From positions 110 to 64,109 of the forward strand of contig CAJQKF010000023.1 in NCBI GenBank assembly GCA_905478855.1: DNA of 64,000 nucleotides, given 5' to 3'. Source of the DNA: an uncultured Gammaproteobacteria bacterium. GTDB taxonomy: Bacteria > Pseudomonadota > Gammaproteobacteria > Arenicellales > CAJQKF01. The translations under genes and the position numbers were made by a program. Position 1 is the first letter of the stretch, and every line of letters starts with the position of its first letter. The notes under the pieces are model-generated. The model was not told where the DNA came from, did no database searches, and saw only the letters and a list, made by a program, of their open reading frames with translations. Positions 9,547 to 20,206 of this stretch are shown here, piece after piece.

Positions 9547-10893
9547 TCATGTTGATTTTTTCTGAACCAGAAATATTTGTATATCTGCTACGTTGGTGCC
9601 GGTCGCACCAATTTTTATAAGATCACCGGCAGCTTGCAGTGCGTGGTAGGCATCATTGTTATTTAATAAATCGTGGGGATTGAGCTCTGCCCCACGTATT
9701 CTATCAAGTGTTCCAGAGTCTACACATCCGCCAGCTGCATCCGTTGGGCCGTCTATGCCATCTGTCCCGCCGCTTAGAAAAACCCAATCGTATGTAACGT
9801 TTTCGTGTTCCATATAGCATGCCAGCGCTAGCGCCAATTCCTGGTTACGCCCACCTTTGCCACTACCGTTTAAGGTTACGGTTGTTTCTCCGCCTGCAAT
9901 ATAGGCATAACGTCCTGGAGCTGAATGGGATCTTTGTGAGATGGGAAATTTCTCTGCTGCTGCACGCGCTTCACCTACCAGTGCGCTGTCTATGACATGA
10001 ACAGTGAAACCATTATCGAGTAAGTTGTTCTGGACTGCCGACAAACTTATTGCGTTACTTCCCACTAGACTGTTTGTAACCGTATTAAATATAGAGTCGG
10101 ATGATTTAGGGGTATCGGGTATGGCGAAATTAATGCCTTTTTCAAGATGACATACTATAGGTTTCGGAACTTTGGTTAAGATGTTCCGTTGACAAAGGAT
10201 ATTCCACGCATCACGAAAAGTTGTTGGGTCCGGTACGGTTGGGCCACTCGCAACGGCACTTAGGTCATCTCCAATAACATCTGATAATATCATTCCGTGC
10301 AAATCTGCCGGGCTTGCAAGTGATGCTATTTGGCCACCTTTGAGGCGCGAGAGATGTTTTCTAACCGTATTAATTTCATTAATGTTTGCACCACTTGCGA
10401 GTAGTAATTCAGTAGTCGCGATCTTATCGTTCAGGCTTAGGCCTTCTGCTGGAAACGGCAATAAGGCGGATGCTCCGCCGCTGACCAACACTAATACTAA
10501 ATCCCCGCGCTTTGCGGACTTGATTTTCTTAGCAACTATATTGCTAGCAAAAACCCCACATTCATCTGGTATTGGGTGGGATGATGTATAGATATCTAGT
10601 GATGGCTGCACACGGGAATTTTCATAGTTTGTAATTACGGTTGGTTTTCCGGCAAGCAAATCACTAGGAATAATCTCTACTGCAGCAAGTGCCATTTCCA
10701 CAGCTGCTTTCCCAAATGAAACAACATAAACGTTTTTCCAGTCTGCGGTCCGTTTTTGTATGGATTTTGAATTATTGTGATAATTAATAGATAAAATGTT
10801 ATCTGAAAATACAAGTTGTGTATGAACAGCACTCGCTGGGTTTGCCGCCGTGATTGCTTTTTCAAATGCTAGTTTTGCGGCTCTTCTCAACAT
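9547..10893 (-). CDS. Glycerate 2-kinase / hydroxypyruvate-reductase-annotated family (DUF4147 + MOFRL)
   Basis: 448 aa with motifs VVSFGKAAVEMA, LVLVSGGASALL, IAGGETTVTLNGSGKGGRNQELALA and SGGTDGIDGPTDAAGG. Confidence 0.75.
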   Translation of the reverse strand: MLRRAAKLAFEKAITAANPASAVHTQLVFSDNILSINYHNNSKSIQKRTADWKNVYVVSFGKAAVEMALAAVEIIPSDLLAGKPTVITNYENSRVQPSLDIYTSSHPIPDECGVFASNIVAKKIKSAKRGDLVLVLVSGGASALLPFPAEGLSLNDKIATTELLLASGANINEINTVRKHLSRLKGGQIASLASPADLHGMILSDVIGDDLSAVASGPTVPDPTTFRDAWNILCQRNILTKVPKPIVCHLEKGINFAIPDTPKSSDSIFNTVTNSLVGSNAISLSAVQNNLLDNGFTVHVIDSALVGEARAAAEKFPISQRSHSAPGRYAYIAGGETTVTLNGSGKGGRNQELALALACYMEHENVTYDWVFLSGGTDGIDGPTDAAGGCVDSGTLDRIRGAELNPHDLLNNNDAYHALQAAGDLIKIGATGTNVADIQIFLVQKKST

Positions 10894-10950
10894 TGTGTTT
10901 AGCCTATATGTTTATAGTGACCACGGTCAGTCTAGGGTGTAAACGTTATC

Positions 10951-11982
10951 CTACTTTATCAGAGAATCAATTATATCTCCTGAACCGTAACGCACGACGT
11001 CGGTAACTGGTAAGCCGGTTTCATCGGATGTTTTTTGAATCTCATAAGTAGCTTCTTGTTCAGTTAATGCGCTAGTGTTAAGAGCAACACCGATGGTTTT
11101 CGCGGATACTAAGGCGCCCGCCGCAGAGGAAACAAGCTCATTCATGGCAATCACGTCCTTTAATGGTGGTACTTTCACCTTTAGTGTGTCGAGGTGGGTC
11201 ATTCCTGCACGATGACAGAGAATCAGATGAGTGGGGCACGAGCCACGCATTAAAGACAGAGTTGCAGAACTACCTGGATGTAGTAATGAGCCCTGCCCTT
11301 CAATAATGATTACTTTATGTTGTTTCTTTTCTAGAACACAGTGCTCTACCCAACCACAAGAATGATCAACCTTTACAGCATCGAGTGGTATACCGTATCC
11401 ACCGATTGTTAATCCTATCTGACCTGTTGCGATAAAGGTTGAATCAACGCCGCGATCTATCAGATATTTGTTAATTTCAAGTCCAACCGTCATTTTGCCG
11501 ATTGCCATATCGGTGCCAACCATCAATAAACGGGTATTATCCAATGCAGCTGCTCTGCCCTCGGCCATTTGTGGTAACTCGTCTGTGACGTGGCGTACGT
11601 CCCAAATCCATTGTTCAGAACGTGTCGACGTATCAAAACGATCGGCCAGAAAATCATGTAATCCGTTTACGATACTTAGTCCGTGATCTATCGCTGAAGT
11701 CAAAGCTGGCATCCAACTTTGTGGAATACGTCCACCAGAGGGAGCAATACCCAGAATCAACACTTCTGCACCGAGTGCACACGCCGCTTCAATATCGGCA
11801 ACCACGGGGCAATTTCGTCCGCATTGAATAACATCGCCGAGCTGTTTACCGGCATGCTTCGAGTCGATCACGGCGACAATAGGATTGGGTGAGAAACGTA
11901 AAACACCATAGCCCATTTTTCCGTCAAGTTCGCCAAGTGACCCTTCCATATAAATGGCTAGTTTTTGCTGTTTTTTAAGCAT
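10951..11982 (-). CDS. dgcN: DUF1611-family protein, DgcN-type D-glutamate N-acetyltransferase
   Basis: 343 aa with GKMGYGVLRF...IVAVIDSKHAG and IIIEGQGSLLHPGSSATLSLMRG, typical of DUF1611. It overlaps the upstream enolase-superfamily gene by 8 nt, which is the characteristic dgcA-dgcN pairing. Confidence 0.7.
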   Translation of the reverse strand: MLKKQQKLAIYMEGSLGELDGKMGYGVLRFSPNPIVAVIDSKHAGKQLGDVIQCGRNCPVVADIEAACALGAEVLILGIAPSGGRIPQSWMPALTSAIDHGLSIVNGLHDFLADRFDTSTRSEQWIWDVRHVTDELPQMAEGRAAALDNTRLLMVGTDMAIGKMTVGLEINKYLIDRGVDSTFIATGQIGLTIGGYGIPLDAVKVDHSCGWVEHCVLEKKQHKVIIIEGQGSLLHPGSSATLSLMRGSCPTHLILCHRAGMTHLDTLKVKVPPLKDVIAMNELVSSAAGALVSAKTIGVALNTSALTEQEATYEIQKTSDETGLPVTDVVRYGSGDIIDSLIK

Positions 11983-13015
11983 TTATAAGCTCCGCTCCGT
12001 GCCCAGGTTTTTCTGTAGGCATTATTATACCGTCCTCCATCAATGCACCAACTGCCGGATCGGGACTTAGGTTTAAATGTGAGTCGAGGTCGATATGATC
12101 AAATAATTGTCCCAATGCAGCGCCGGCGGATATCGATACAGAGGATTCTCCCATGCATCCGATCATAGTTTTTAAACCATAGGCACGGGCTACAGCCACG
12201 ATGCGTAATGCTTCGGTAATACCGCCACATTTCATCAATTTTAAATTTACTCCGTCCACACAGTTTGCCCACTTTATAATATCGCTTGATACGTGGCAGC
12301 TCTCATCAACGTATATTGGAAGCGCCCGTGTACGAAATAACTCGGGTAACTGATCATCGTCTGACCTTGCAAGAGGCTGTTCAATGTAATCGACTCCTCG
12401 ATCGGCTAACCAGCGCATCATTTTTTGAGCTTCGGATAAATTCCACCCTCCATTTGCATCAACACGTAGGGTTACATTTCTGTTTCGTGTGTTCTCGAAA
12501 ACCACTTGAAACATATCCTGATCAGCGTCCAAACCTTCGGGTGACCCAAGCTTAATTTTTAATGACTGTATGGTACTTCCATCAAGGATTAATGGAATGC
12601 GCTCTCGAACGACATCGGGAGGGTTTATTCCTATGGTGACGGATGTTGGTATTGTGGGTTTTCCCAATCCGAGCAGTCTGTAGAGTGGCAGTTTCGATTT
12701 TTTGGCTAGCAAATCCCAGTAAGCCATATCTATTGCCGCAAGAGCGCATGCAGGGATATCCATTTGACGAGCGCGTTGGTCTAGCTCGTAAATGGATAAA
12801 TTATCTATGCCGCTGGCTATTAAGTTTTCCAGTGCGGTTTGACCTGCCAATGCCGTGTCGGCTCCTTCAGACTTTCCGGGAGACATTTCGCCCCAGCCAA
12901 TATGCCCATCGCTTGTTATCTGTACGAAAAGATTGTCCGAGTGACTATATACACCCCGACTGATTGCTAATGGAAAGCGCTTCTGTAAACGTATAGTTTT
13001 AAAAAGGTAGTGCAT
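11975..13015 (-). CDS. dgcA: Enolase-superfamily dipeptide-epimerase-like protein, DgcA-type N-acetyl-D-glutamate racemase
   Basis: 346 aa with MR/MLE motifs: KIKLG, RVDANGGWN, IEQPL, VDESC, NLKLMKCGG. Confidence 0.7.
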   Translation of the reverse strand: MHYLFKTIRLQKRFPLAISRGVYSHSDNLFVQITSDGHIGWGEMSPGKSEGADTALAGQTALENLIASGIDNLSIYELDQRARQMDIPACALAAIDMAYWDLLAKKSKLPLYRLLGLGKPTIPTSVTIGINPPDVVRERIPLILDGSTIQSLKIKLGSPEGLDADQDMFQVVFENTRNRNVTLRVDANGGWNLSEAQKMMRWLADRGVDYIEQPLARSDDDQLPELFRTRALPIYVDESCHVSSDIIKWANCVDGVNLKLMKCGGITEALRIVAVARAYGLKTMIGCMGESSVSISAGAALGQLFDHIDLDSHLNLSPDPAVGALMEDGIIMPTEKPGHGAELINA

Positions 13016-13017
13016 GA

Positions 13018-13932
13018 TTATGAGTGTTCCGTAATCTTAATACGTGTGGTTGGTTTGCAGCGTTCATAAACAGGCTCTGCTATGCCCGCAAAAGTGATCA
13101 GTATGACTCCGATTAACTCCTTGGTCGCAAAGGTTTCGCCGGCAAATAATGCTGCGGTTACTGTCGCGATACTGATCTCGGTCATATATAACAGACCGAC
13201 GATACCGGGGCTTAATTGTGTGGGACCAAACATCGTTGCATAAGCGGCTGGTAGTAGCACGATAATAGCAAACGGAATAAGCCACCAGAGTTTCGTCGTA
13301 AGTAAAACTTCAGGCAAAACTTCTTCAAATCCAGCACTTATACCATACGCTACTAGACAGCCCGCAATAATACTTGCCCAGAGCAGGAAGCCAATCGTAT
13401 ATTCCTGCGGACGGCTTTTTCCGGTTAGTAATAAAATGGCGGCGTTTGCCCAGATAAAACCCGCCACTAGCGCCATCCAATCGCCGGTATTTGATGGAAA
13501 AGGAAAGCCCGCAGTGATGTCACAAATAACCGCTAAGCCCAATGCTCCAAATGCCATTGAAATCCATCTGACTGGAGATATTTGTTCGCCCAAAAAAATA
13601 CGTCCGAGCAAAAACCCCCAAATCGGCATCAGATAAAACATGACGATAACGCGAATTACCTCGGTGTAAAGAAATGCGCCGGCATACATTACGTAGCCTA
13701 GACCTATTAACAATGTCGTGCCGTGAAAACGCAGAGGCTCTCTGAAATATATTTTAATTCTATAGAGAAAAACGGGCAGAATAAGAATAGCTGGCATTAG
13801 AGTGAACAACAAGATTGACCAACTTCCGGATAAACCCGTTGTCTCCATTGCACGTAATGGAATCCAGTAGATTCCAAATGTGATGCCAGAATAAATACAG
13901 CATAAACGTGCGAAGCTTTGCTTGCTTAACAT
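13018..13932 (-). CDS. DMT-superfamily (EamA-like) transporter
   Basis: 304 aa with about 10 TM helices in two halves. It lies 2 nt upstream of dgcA. Confidence 0.75.
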   Translation of the reverse strand: MLSKQSFARLCCIYSGITFGIYWIPLRAMETTGLSGSWSILLFTLMPAILILPVFLYRIKIYFREPLRFHGTTLLIGLGYVMYAGAFLYTEVIRVIVMFYLMPIWGFLLGRIFLGEQISPVRWISMAFGALGLAVICDITAGFPFPSNTGDWMALVAGFIWANAAILLLTGKSRPQEYTIGFLLWASIIAGCLVAYGISAGFEEVLPEVLLTTKLWWLIPFAIIVLLPAAYATMFGPTQLSPGIVGLLYMTEISIATVTAALFAGETFATKELIGVILITFAGIAEPVYERCKPTTRIKITEHS

Positions 13933-13964
13933 AAGCCTATATTCTTTCTAGTTCTTACTCGTCA

Positions 13965-14276
13965 CTACTTGTTTGTGCCACCTAAACAATCAGGAGAGTC
14001 AACAGATGTTGCACCACTATCGAACCATTCATCGGGTGTTTTTGCGTGAATTGAAAGCGCATGAATGGAGTTGGCTAGTTCGTCTGCGAGCAAACGATTG
14101 ACGATTCGATGTCTTCCTACCAGCTTCAATCCTGCGAACTCATTTGAGATAACAATAACCTTAAAATGAGATTCCGACCCATCTGGAACATTGTGTTTAT
14201 TACTTTCATTGATAACCTCAAGGTGTTCAGGGTTGAGGGACTTAAGCTTTTTCTCGATTGAGTTTTGAATCAACAT
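13965..14276 (-). CDS. BolA-family protein
   Basis: 103 aa with the pattern ...[29 protein letters not shown]...[14 protein letters not shown]. Confidence 0.8.
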   Translation of the reverse strand: MLIQNSIEKKLKSLNPEHLEVINESNKHNVPDGSESHFKVIVISNEFAGLKLVGRHRIVNRLLADELANSIHALSIHAKTPDEWFDSGATSVDSPDCLGGTNK

Positions 14277-14351
14277 TGGTTGTCACTTTACATGAAATAG
14301 TATTGTTCGAATTAGCATGAGTAATAGAATAATTTATTTCCATTGTCGTAG

Positions 14352-15668
14352 CTAAACTACTAGTTTTTCTCGTCTAATTTCAGCTACGCCGAATACATTT
14401 TTATAATGCTCTATTAGTTGTGCTGGTCCGGAAGCCTTTTCGAAATTGTCTGATAATTTTACAGTCGGTTTATAGTTAGCCGAAGTTACTTTGCAAACCA
14501 GAGAAATAGCGTCTAGTCCGGTGTTGTGATTGGGTGCGCAGTCGCGAAAATCATTTGTTAATAATGTACCCCAGCCAAAGCTTAAGCGTACGCGTCCTAC
14601 GAAGTGGTGATAAACTTTTTCAATCGTATCGATGTCTAACCCGTCAGAAAAGATAAGTAATTTTTCTGTTGGATCTTGATTCATATCTTTCCACCACTGT
14701 ATCAGTTCCTCACCACCAACCAGCGGATCTTTAGAATCGATTCGAAAACCACTCCATTCTGCTACCCAGTATGGTGCATGTTTGAGGAAAGTCGTTGTGC
14801 CAAATGTGTCAGGCAATACAATGAGTAGATTGCTATCGTAGGTTCGCTGCCAGCTTTCCAGTACCTTATAGGGTGACTGCAAAAGTTCCTCATCAGAATT
14901 GCATAGCGCTGCACGTACCATAGGTAATTCATGGGCATTTGTGCCGATAGCGTCGATGTCGAGTTCCATAGCTTGTAGCACGTTGCTGGTGCCAACGAAT
15001 TTGTTTCCAAGACCTTCCTTTAGAGCTTCAATACACCATCGTTGCCACAAAAACCCATGTCGGCGCCGAGTACCGAAATCCGCTAGTCGAAGATGTTCTA
15101 ATCGGTTTAAGCGTACGACTTTTTCCCATAATTTAGCTTTTGCTCGAGCGTATAAGATATCCAGCTCAAATCGTCCAGTATCCTTCATCGCAGCGCGGGA
15201 TCGTAATTCGCTGACAATGGAAAGGACCGGTATTTCCCATAAGGTTACATCTGCCCATGTTCCGTAAAAGTCAATTTGAAATTGACCATCAGTAACTGAG
15301 AGTTCGTAGGCCGGTAATTGATAGTCTGCTAACCATGCAATAAATTCTGACTTAAACAAGCGTTCTTTGCCGTAAAAGGTATTACCTGTTAACCAGATTC
15401 GTTCTTTTTTGGTTAATCGAAGTGTTCGGGCGTGGTCTAACTGTAATCGTAGTTCAGTTTCGTCGACAACTTCTGCCAGACGTACTGATGAGGTTCGATT
15501 TATTAAACTGAAACTGACAGGTACGGATGCATTTTCTTTCCAAATAGTTTGCAACATAAGAAGCTTATATACGTCAGTATCAAGCAAACTTCGGATAATA
15601 GGATCGAGTTTAAACGCGTGGTTGTATACTCGCGTCGCGATATCTATACCGGACGACATGTCAATCAC
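14352..15668 (-). CDS. pncB: Nicotinate phosphoribosyltransferase
   Basis: 438 aa with motifs [21 protein letters not shown] and GTSNV. Confidence 0.9.
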   Translation of the reverse strand: MIDMSSGIDIATRVYNHAFKLDPIIRSLLDTDVYKLLMLQTIWKENASVPVSFSLINRTSSVRLAEVVDETELRLQLDHARTLRLTKKERIWLTGNTFYGKERLFKSEFIAWLADYQLPAYELSVTDGQFQIDFYGTWADVTLWEIPVLSIVSELRSRAAMKDTGRFELDILYARAKAKLWEKVVRLNRLEHLRLADFGTRRRHGFLWQRWCIEALKEGLGNKFVGTSNVLQAMELDIDAIGTNAHELPMVRAALCNSDEELLQSPYKVLESWQRTYDSNLLIVLPDTFGTTTFLKHAPYWVAEWSGFRIDSKDPLVGGEELIQWWKDMNQDPTEKLLIFSDGLDIDTIEKVYHHFVGRVRLSFGWGTLLTNDFRDCAPNHNTGLDAISLVCKVTSANYKPTVKLSDNFEKASGPAQLIEHYKNVFGVAEIRREKLVV

Positions 15669-15713
15669 GTTTAATCTGAAGAGCTAGCATGTTTACTGAA
15701 GGCTTAGTAGTTG

Positions 15714-16022
15714 TTAAACACGGCCATCTGGTTGGCCATTTTTGAATAAACGCTCCCCTTGTTCATCTATAATCTGTCGCGCTTTACGAAATGCAAAAGT
15801 ATCGGCCTCTTCCTTACTTGCCAGTAAGTCTGCGCGAATAAATTGTCGTGATAAAGACATCTCACCGTCTATCTTAATAATACTCCCTGCTAACCTCCAC
15901 TGCCTTTCTGCGGGGATTGGCGTAGACACTATTTTGAACGTTTTATAGATTTCTTCGGCACTTGGTTCTGATGGTTTAGGAGCGCTTGTTCCAAAACCAA
16001 ATATTTTTTTAAGTATTGACAT
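15714..16022 (-). CDS. Small HlyU-family-like protein (PF10115 type)
   Basis: 102 aa. The pattern YK.F.I...P......W.LAG.I.K.DGE.....FIRAD.....EEA.....KARQIIDEQGERLF matches my memory of this family. Not verified. Confidence 0.45.
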   Translation of the reverse strand: MSILKKIFGFGTSAPKPSEPSAEEIYKTFKIVSTPIPAERQWRLAGSIIKIDGEMSLSRQFIRADLLASKEEADTFAFRKARQIIDEQGERLFKNGQPDGRV

Positions 16023-16082
16023 AAAATGATTGTATCACGCTTGTTAAATTCCTAAGAATTTAACTGGAAAATTAACTTAGTA

Positions 16083-16733
16083 CTAGCGTATCTGCAGGAA
16101 AATTATCGCTTGAATAATCGAAAAAGATAATCCGATGTATGTCCAGTTAGAAAACGTCGGGAATGGATAGCCAAAAGACGAGCGAAAAAATCCATAAAAT
16201 AAACCCCACAGCACGGTAAAAACCATTACTACCGAAAGGCCTTGATAGTACTGCATAACGGTCAGTAATGAACTGTTGCCTTGCCAAAATGCAAACACAA
16301 TAGGAAAGAATAGCACGACGGCGAGTGTTAAACGTATAGAAGACATAGGTGCGGCATATGCGCTGCCCTCTTGCTTAAGACTAGCAATTGTTTTTGCCAT
16401 AAATAATCCTATGCCAACACCTGCAAGCAGGCCGGTAAAAAACCGCAGGTCATTATCCCCTAAGAAATTCCCCCATATCTGCCAGGCAACATCGATGGCA
16501 ACCGGAGCAAGGGATCCAATCAAAATTATTCTTACTGTGGATTGAGAAATATGATTAATCCATGAACCGCTACAAATCAGTGTTGTTGCAAATGCGTACC
16601 AGAGTGAAAAGTGAATTGCACTGCAGCGAATGCACAACGGTAACTGCACGCCTTCCACAAAAAAACTTCGGTCCGCAATTTGATGGCAAACAGTACCACC
16701 AAGATCAAATAGTATGGAATGCAGAGAAATCAC
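16083..16733 (-). CDS. DUF2085-family membrane protein
   Basis: 216 aa with about 6 TM helices and the N-terminal CHQ....LPLCIRCSAIHF motif. Confidence 0.65.
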   Translation of the reverse strand: MISLHSILFDLGGTVCHQIADRSFFVEGVQLPLCIRCSAIHFSLWYAFATTLICSGSWINHISQSTVRIILIGSLAPVAIDVAWQIWGNFLGDNDLRFFTGLLAGVGIGLFMAKTIASLKQEGSAYAAPMSSIRLTLAVVLFFPIVFAFWQGNSSLLTVMQYYQGLSVVMVFTVLWGLFYGFFRSSFGYPFPTFSNWTYIGLSFSIIQAIIFLQIR

Positions 16734-16958
16734 GTTATAGTTACGTCAGGAAATCGGATTCCATGAAGATATCTCTGCATAAATCGTAATGCAATGAATC
16801 TGATCGGCTGTTAATCTCACTTTAAATTGGTTTTGGGTGTAATCAGGCGCCGCATTTTCTGCGGAATGTTTATTCTGGTTTCCAAGCATGCTAAACAGTA
16901 TATCTTAACGATATGAATACTCTAAATATTATTTGAACATTACATTGAGAAGCCTTAA

Positions 16959-17993
16959 ATGAAATTTCAACTCGTCATTAATATCAGCAGATCGAACAAT
17001 TCAACTGATATGCAAACGTTACTTAAGCATACTCTGGAAATGGTCCAGATGGCTGACGAAGGCGGGTTTGAAATTGTTTGGGCGGCTGAACATCATGCAT
17101 TAGAACTCACGATTGCGCCTAATCCGTTTCAATTGTTAACTTGGTATGCGGCTAATACAAATCAAATTCGACTTGGGACAGCCGTTGTTATTGCGCCGTA
17201 CTGGCACCCGATTCGCCTAGCGGGTGAGGCCGCTATGCTGGATCAAATTTCGGGCGGCCGACTTGAGTTTGGAATTGGAAGTGGAGCGTATCAACGAGAG
17301 TTTGATCGTATATTACCGGGGGTGAGCCAAAGTGAAGGCCATGAGTATATGCATGAGCTTTTGCCTGCGGTGCAAAAACTCTGGCAAGGAGATTACGAGC
17401 ACAACGGCAAGTTCTGGTCCTTTCCTACCTCAACATCTGTGCCAAAACCGTTTCAACAGCCCCACCCTCCACTGTGGATTGCCGCCCGTGCACCGGTAAC
17501 TTACGACTTTGCAGTTCAACATGGCTGCAATATTATTTCGTGGGCGCTAACCAAACCCTTCAGTGAAGTTGCAGACTATAAAACACGATTTGCGGACGCA
17601 CTGGCTAAGTTTCCCGATGCTCAACGTCCATTATTTTGTACCATGCGACATACTTGTGTGTACGACAACATAAAGCAGGCTGATGTGCCGGTGGATGCAA
17701 CCATTCGGCAGGCCAAAAGGTTTGAGAACTTATTTAAGAATATTGGCACAGTCAAAAATGGTTTTCCGGAAACTATTGACTTGGAAGATCTAAAACAAAA
17801 CAACGAATTTGATCGCGATTCTCTGCATGAAAATTTGATTTTTGGCACCCCGCCCCAGGTCATTGAGAAGTTAAAACGTTACGAGGCATTAGGTGTGGAT
17901 CAATTCACCTATAACTCTACATTTGATCTGGACGTGGTTTTTCAAAAGCGCTCGCTTGAGCTATTTATTAAAGAAGTTATGCCGGCCTTTTGA
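16959..17993 (+). CDS. LLM-class (luciferase-like) flavin-dependent oxidoreductase
   Basis: 344 aa with motifs GFEIVWAAEHH, IRLGTAVVIAPYWHPIRLAGEAAMLDQISGGRLEFGIGSG. TGA stop. Confidence 0.85.
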   Translation: MKFQLVINISRSNNSTDMQTLLKHTLEMVQMADEGGFEIVWAAEHHALELTIAPNPFQLLTWYAANTNQIRLGTAVVIAPYWHPIRLAGEAAMLDQISGGRLEFGIGSGAYQREFDRILPGVSQSEGHEYMHELLPAVQKLWQGDYEHNGKFWSFPTSTSVPKPFQQPHPPLWIAARAPVTYDFAVQHGCNIISWALTKPFSEVADYKTRFADALAKFPDAQRPLFCTMRHTCVYDNIKQADVPVDATIRQAKRFENLFKNIGTVKNGFPETIDLEDLKQNNEFDRDSLHENLIFGTPPQVIEKLKRYEALGVDQFTYNSTFDLDVVFQKRSLELFIKEVMPAF

Positions 17994-18078
17994 TAGCACT
18001 GTATGAGCTTGATGTCGGCAACGACGCTTATAATAAGCCGCTTCGTTGCCGAGAATTATAGGGTTTGGGCAAACCTTG

Positions 18079-19335
18079 TTATGCGCCTGGAACAAGAAAG
18101 AACGACTGTATATTATATCGATCACCTAGAACCTGTAATGCTTTCCTGAGTGCAATCAAGGATTGCTTGTCTTCAGACGCTGATATCAATGCTGGATCCA
18201 TGGTTAATAAGTCATTGCCGTCTTGTATTGCAGACATGATTCCACTGGATTCAGTTCGAACCTCTAATGTTGCAAAACCATCGGCTAGCTCAATCGCCGA
18301 TAGATTTATACCTGCTCGACTGAGAAAAGGATTAGTATTTAAAGAATCCTGAAGTTGTTCCATCGCAGTTGTTATTGAGGTTGTTGCACTATCGGAATTC
18401 GTTGGTATGGCAGCTGGAACAGTTTCTGAGGCAGGTGTTCGTGGCATCGAAGCAAGCGCGGATACAAGCTTTGCTTGTGCCACTGCGTCTTCACTTACCC
18501 AGTTGCCCTGGTACTTAACCAAACGGGTTGTTACTTCCTGAGGAATTCCAAAAATCTCAAATTTCGTACTAACTATCGCATTTTTCCCATCATTTTCCAA
18601 CGTTTCTACGGCGACGGAATCCAGTAATGTATTAACTTCGACATTATAGTGTTGCAGAATATCTCGCGCAGTAGCTAACGCGACCCCTCCTTTTGAAAGC
18701 ACATCTTCGTAGTTAAGATTCATAACATCATCAATTGACGTTATGTTCATCGAGCGTGCTCGGGTAACCAGAATAGCAATGGCCTGTTGCATCTTTTCTT
18801 TGTTAGTCAAATCGTTGGCGGTCACCCATTGGGCGGTTTTATTCAACGCCGCAGTCAAGTTCTGTTTTTCTTGAGTATTCAAATCTGGGCTTTGCTGTAT
18901 TTGCATTGCACCAAGCCCCTGAAACAAAGCTACCATTTGCATTAGGCCGGCTTGATATTCCGCCAATTTAGGTTCTACGAGTGACATGAGTCGTTGCTCT
19001 GCATCTGTAGCAATTACCATACCAATTGTTTCAGAAAATTCAGCTCGCTCACTTTCGGTTATTTCCGCTTTGCGCTGACTACGCTGTTCTTCCCATTGTT
19101 GTCCCATGTTGTCGAATTCTTCGACACCTACTGATATACGTATGAGCGCTGCCAAATCATTGTTTTTAATTGCCGACACCAAGTTTGAAATTGAATTGGC
19201 CGGGTCGTCGTTGGAATGTGCAATTGGCGTAAATGCGAGCGCAGCGATTGATAAACCGAGGCATTTTAAAAACTGTTTCATGAACCGGGGTGTCAATGCT
19301 GTTGTTTGTTTCTGTATGGCAGATAAAAATTTCAT
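18079..19335 (-). CDS. Secreted hypothetical protein
   Basis: 418 aa with signal peptide ...LGLSIAALAFTPIAHS. Composition is helical and Q/A/E-rich. No family recognised. Confidence 0.5.
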   Translation of the reverse strand: MKFLSAIQKQTTALTPRFMKQFLKCLGLSIAALAFTPIAHSNDDPANSISNLVSAIKNNDLAALIRISVGVEEFDNMGQQWEEQRSQRKAEITESERAEFSETIGMVIATDAEQRLMSLVEPKLAEYQAGLMQMVALFQGLGAMQIQQSPDLNTQEKQNLTAALNKTAQWVTANDLTNKEKMQQAIAILVTRARSMNITSIDDVMNLNYEDVLSKGGVALATARDILQHYNVEVNTLLDSVAVETLENDGKNAIVSTKFEIFGIPQEVTTRLVKYQGNWVSEDAVAQAKLVSALASMPRTPASETVPAAIPTNSDSATTSITTAMEQLQDSLNTNPFLSRAGINLSAIELADGFATLEVRTESSGIMSAIQDGNDLLTMDPALISASEDKQSLIALRKALQVLGDRYNIQSFFLVPGA

Positions 19336-19759
19336 ATAAACTCCGTTAAACCTCGTTAATTATTCTTAAAGTTAGGGTTATATGTTTGAGGATCTCGCTA
19401 TCATAAAGATACGGCTTAGTGATCGCCGTATCAACTAAACCTGCTTTGTAGTTCCTCTAAGTAAAAATAACCCGAGTCGCATTATACGTTGGTATAAAAA
19501 AATTATTAGTTTGTAGCGCATAAGTACTAGTTTCGAATGAAACCAATAGTTTGTTATTGCTATCGTTTACTGACGTCGTATACTCGGAGCATATTACCAA
19601 AAATTATTATCGAATCTACATAGAAATTTTGCCGTCTTTATTGTTTGAATGAATTTGATTCAGGATGATAACCGCGTTCGAACATTTGGCATAAGCCGTA
19701 TTATCAGCAGAGCGAGCTCAAAATTTTTGTAGTTTTGAGGATAAAAAACGAAGACGCAA

Positions 19760-20206
19760 GTGCGGCAAGACGACACACAGTACACTACTACAAGGAGCGT
19801 AGCGCATGGTTTCTCATTACTTGAATTACTTATTGGATTGGTTGTGGCGGCTATTTTGGCGGCGCTTGTGGTGCCTACATTTCATCACTTCATTACGGCC
19901 TATCGACTTGATGCGCAAACAGAGCGGTTCGTTACCGGTATCTAGGTAGCACGATCGACTGTTATGTCGAATCAAACACCCATAACGCTTTGTGCTCGAA
20001 CTTCCGACGGAGAATGTTCCATATATTATGACTGTAATGTCTATAATAGAGTTGATTCCTCGTATGTCTGTGATGGTAATACGGCTCATGAAACGGTGTT
20101 GCAGACCCTTCGGGGAATGCTGATGATGAGTGCACCGTTAATGGCAGTGTTATCAGACAACAAAATAGTAGTTCAGGAAGTACCGGCGGCAATAACTAGT
20201 CATTAA
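19760..20206 (+). pseudogene. GspH/FimU-type minor pilin gene interrupted by an in-frame TAG
   Basis: GTG start, then a prepilin leader and cleavage motif ...SVAHG|FSLLELLIGLVVAAILAAL. An in-frame TAG lies at 19943-19945. The same frame continues VARSTVMSNQTPITLCARTSDGEC..., which is the GspH-domain ARSEA...V.LC region. It occupies the fimU position upstream of pilV. Confidence 0.7.

Noticed and set aside
19408-19432. Perfect 8-bp inverted repeat GATACGGC-N9-GCCGTATC in the spacer between the 418-aa secreted protein gene and the fimU-like gene
   Set aside because: It could be an operator, but a single 8-bp inverted repeat in a 424-bp spacer is only marginally unexpected. There is no second copy or associated regulator gene.
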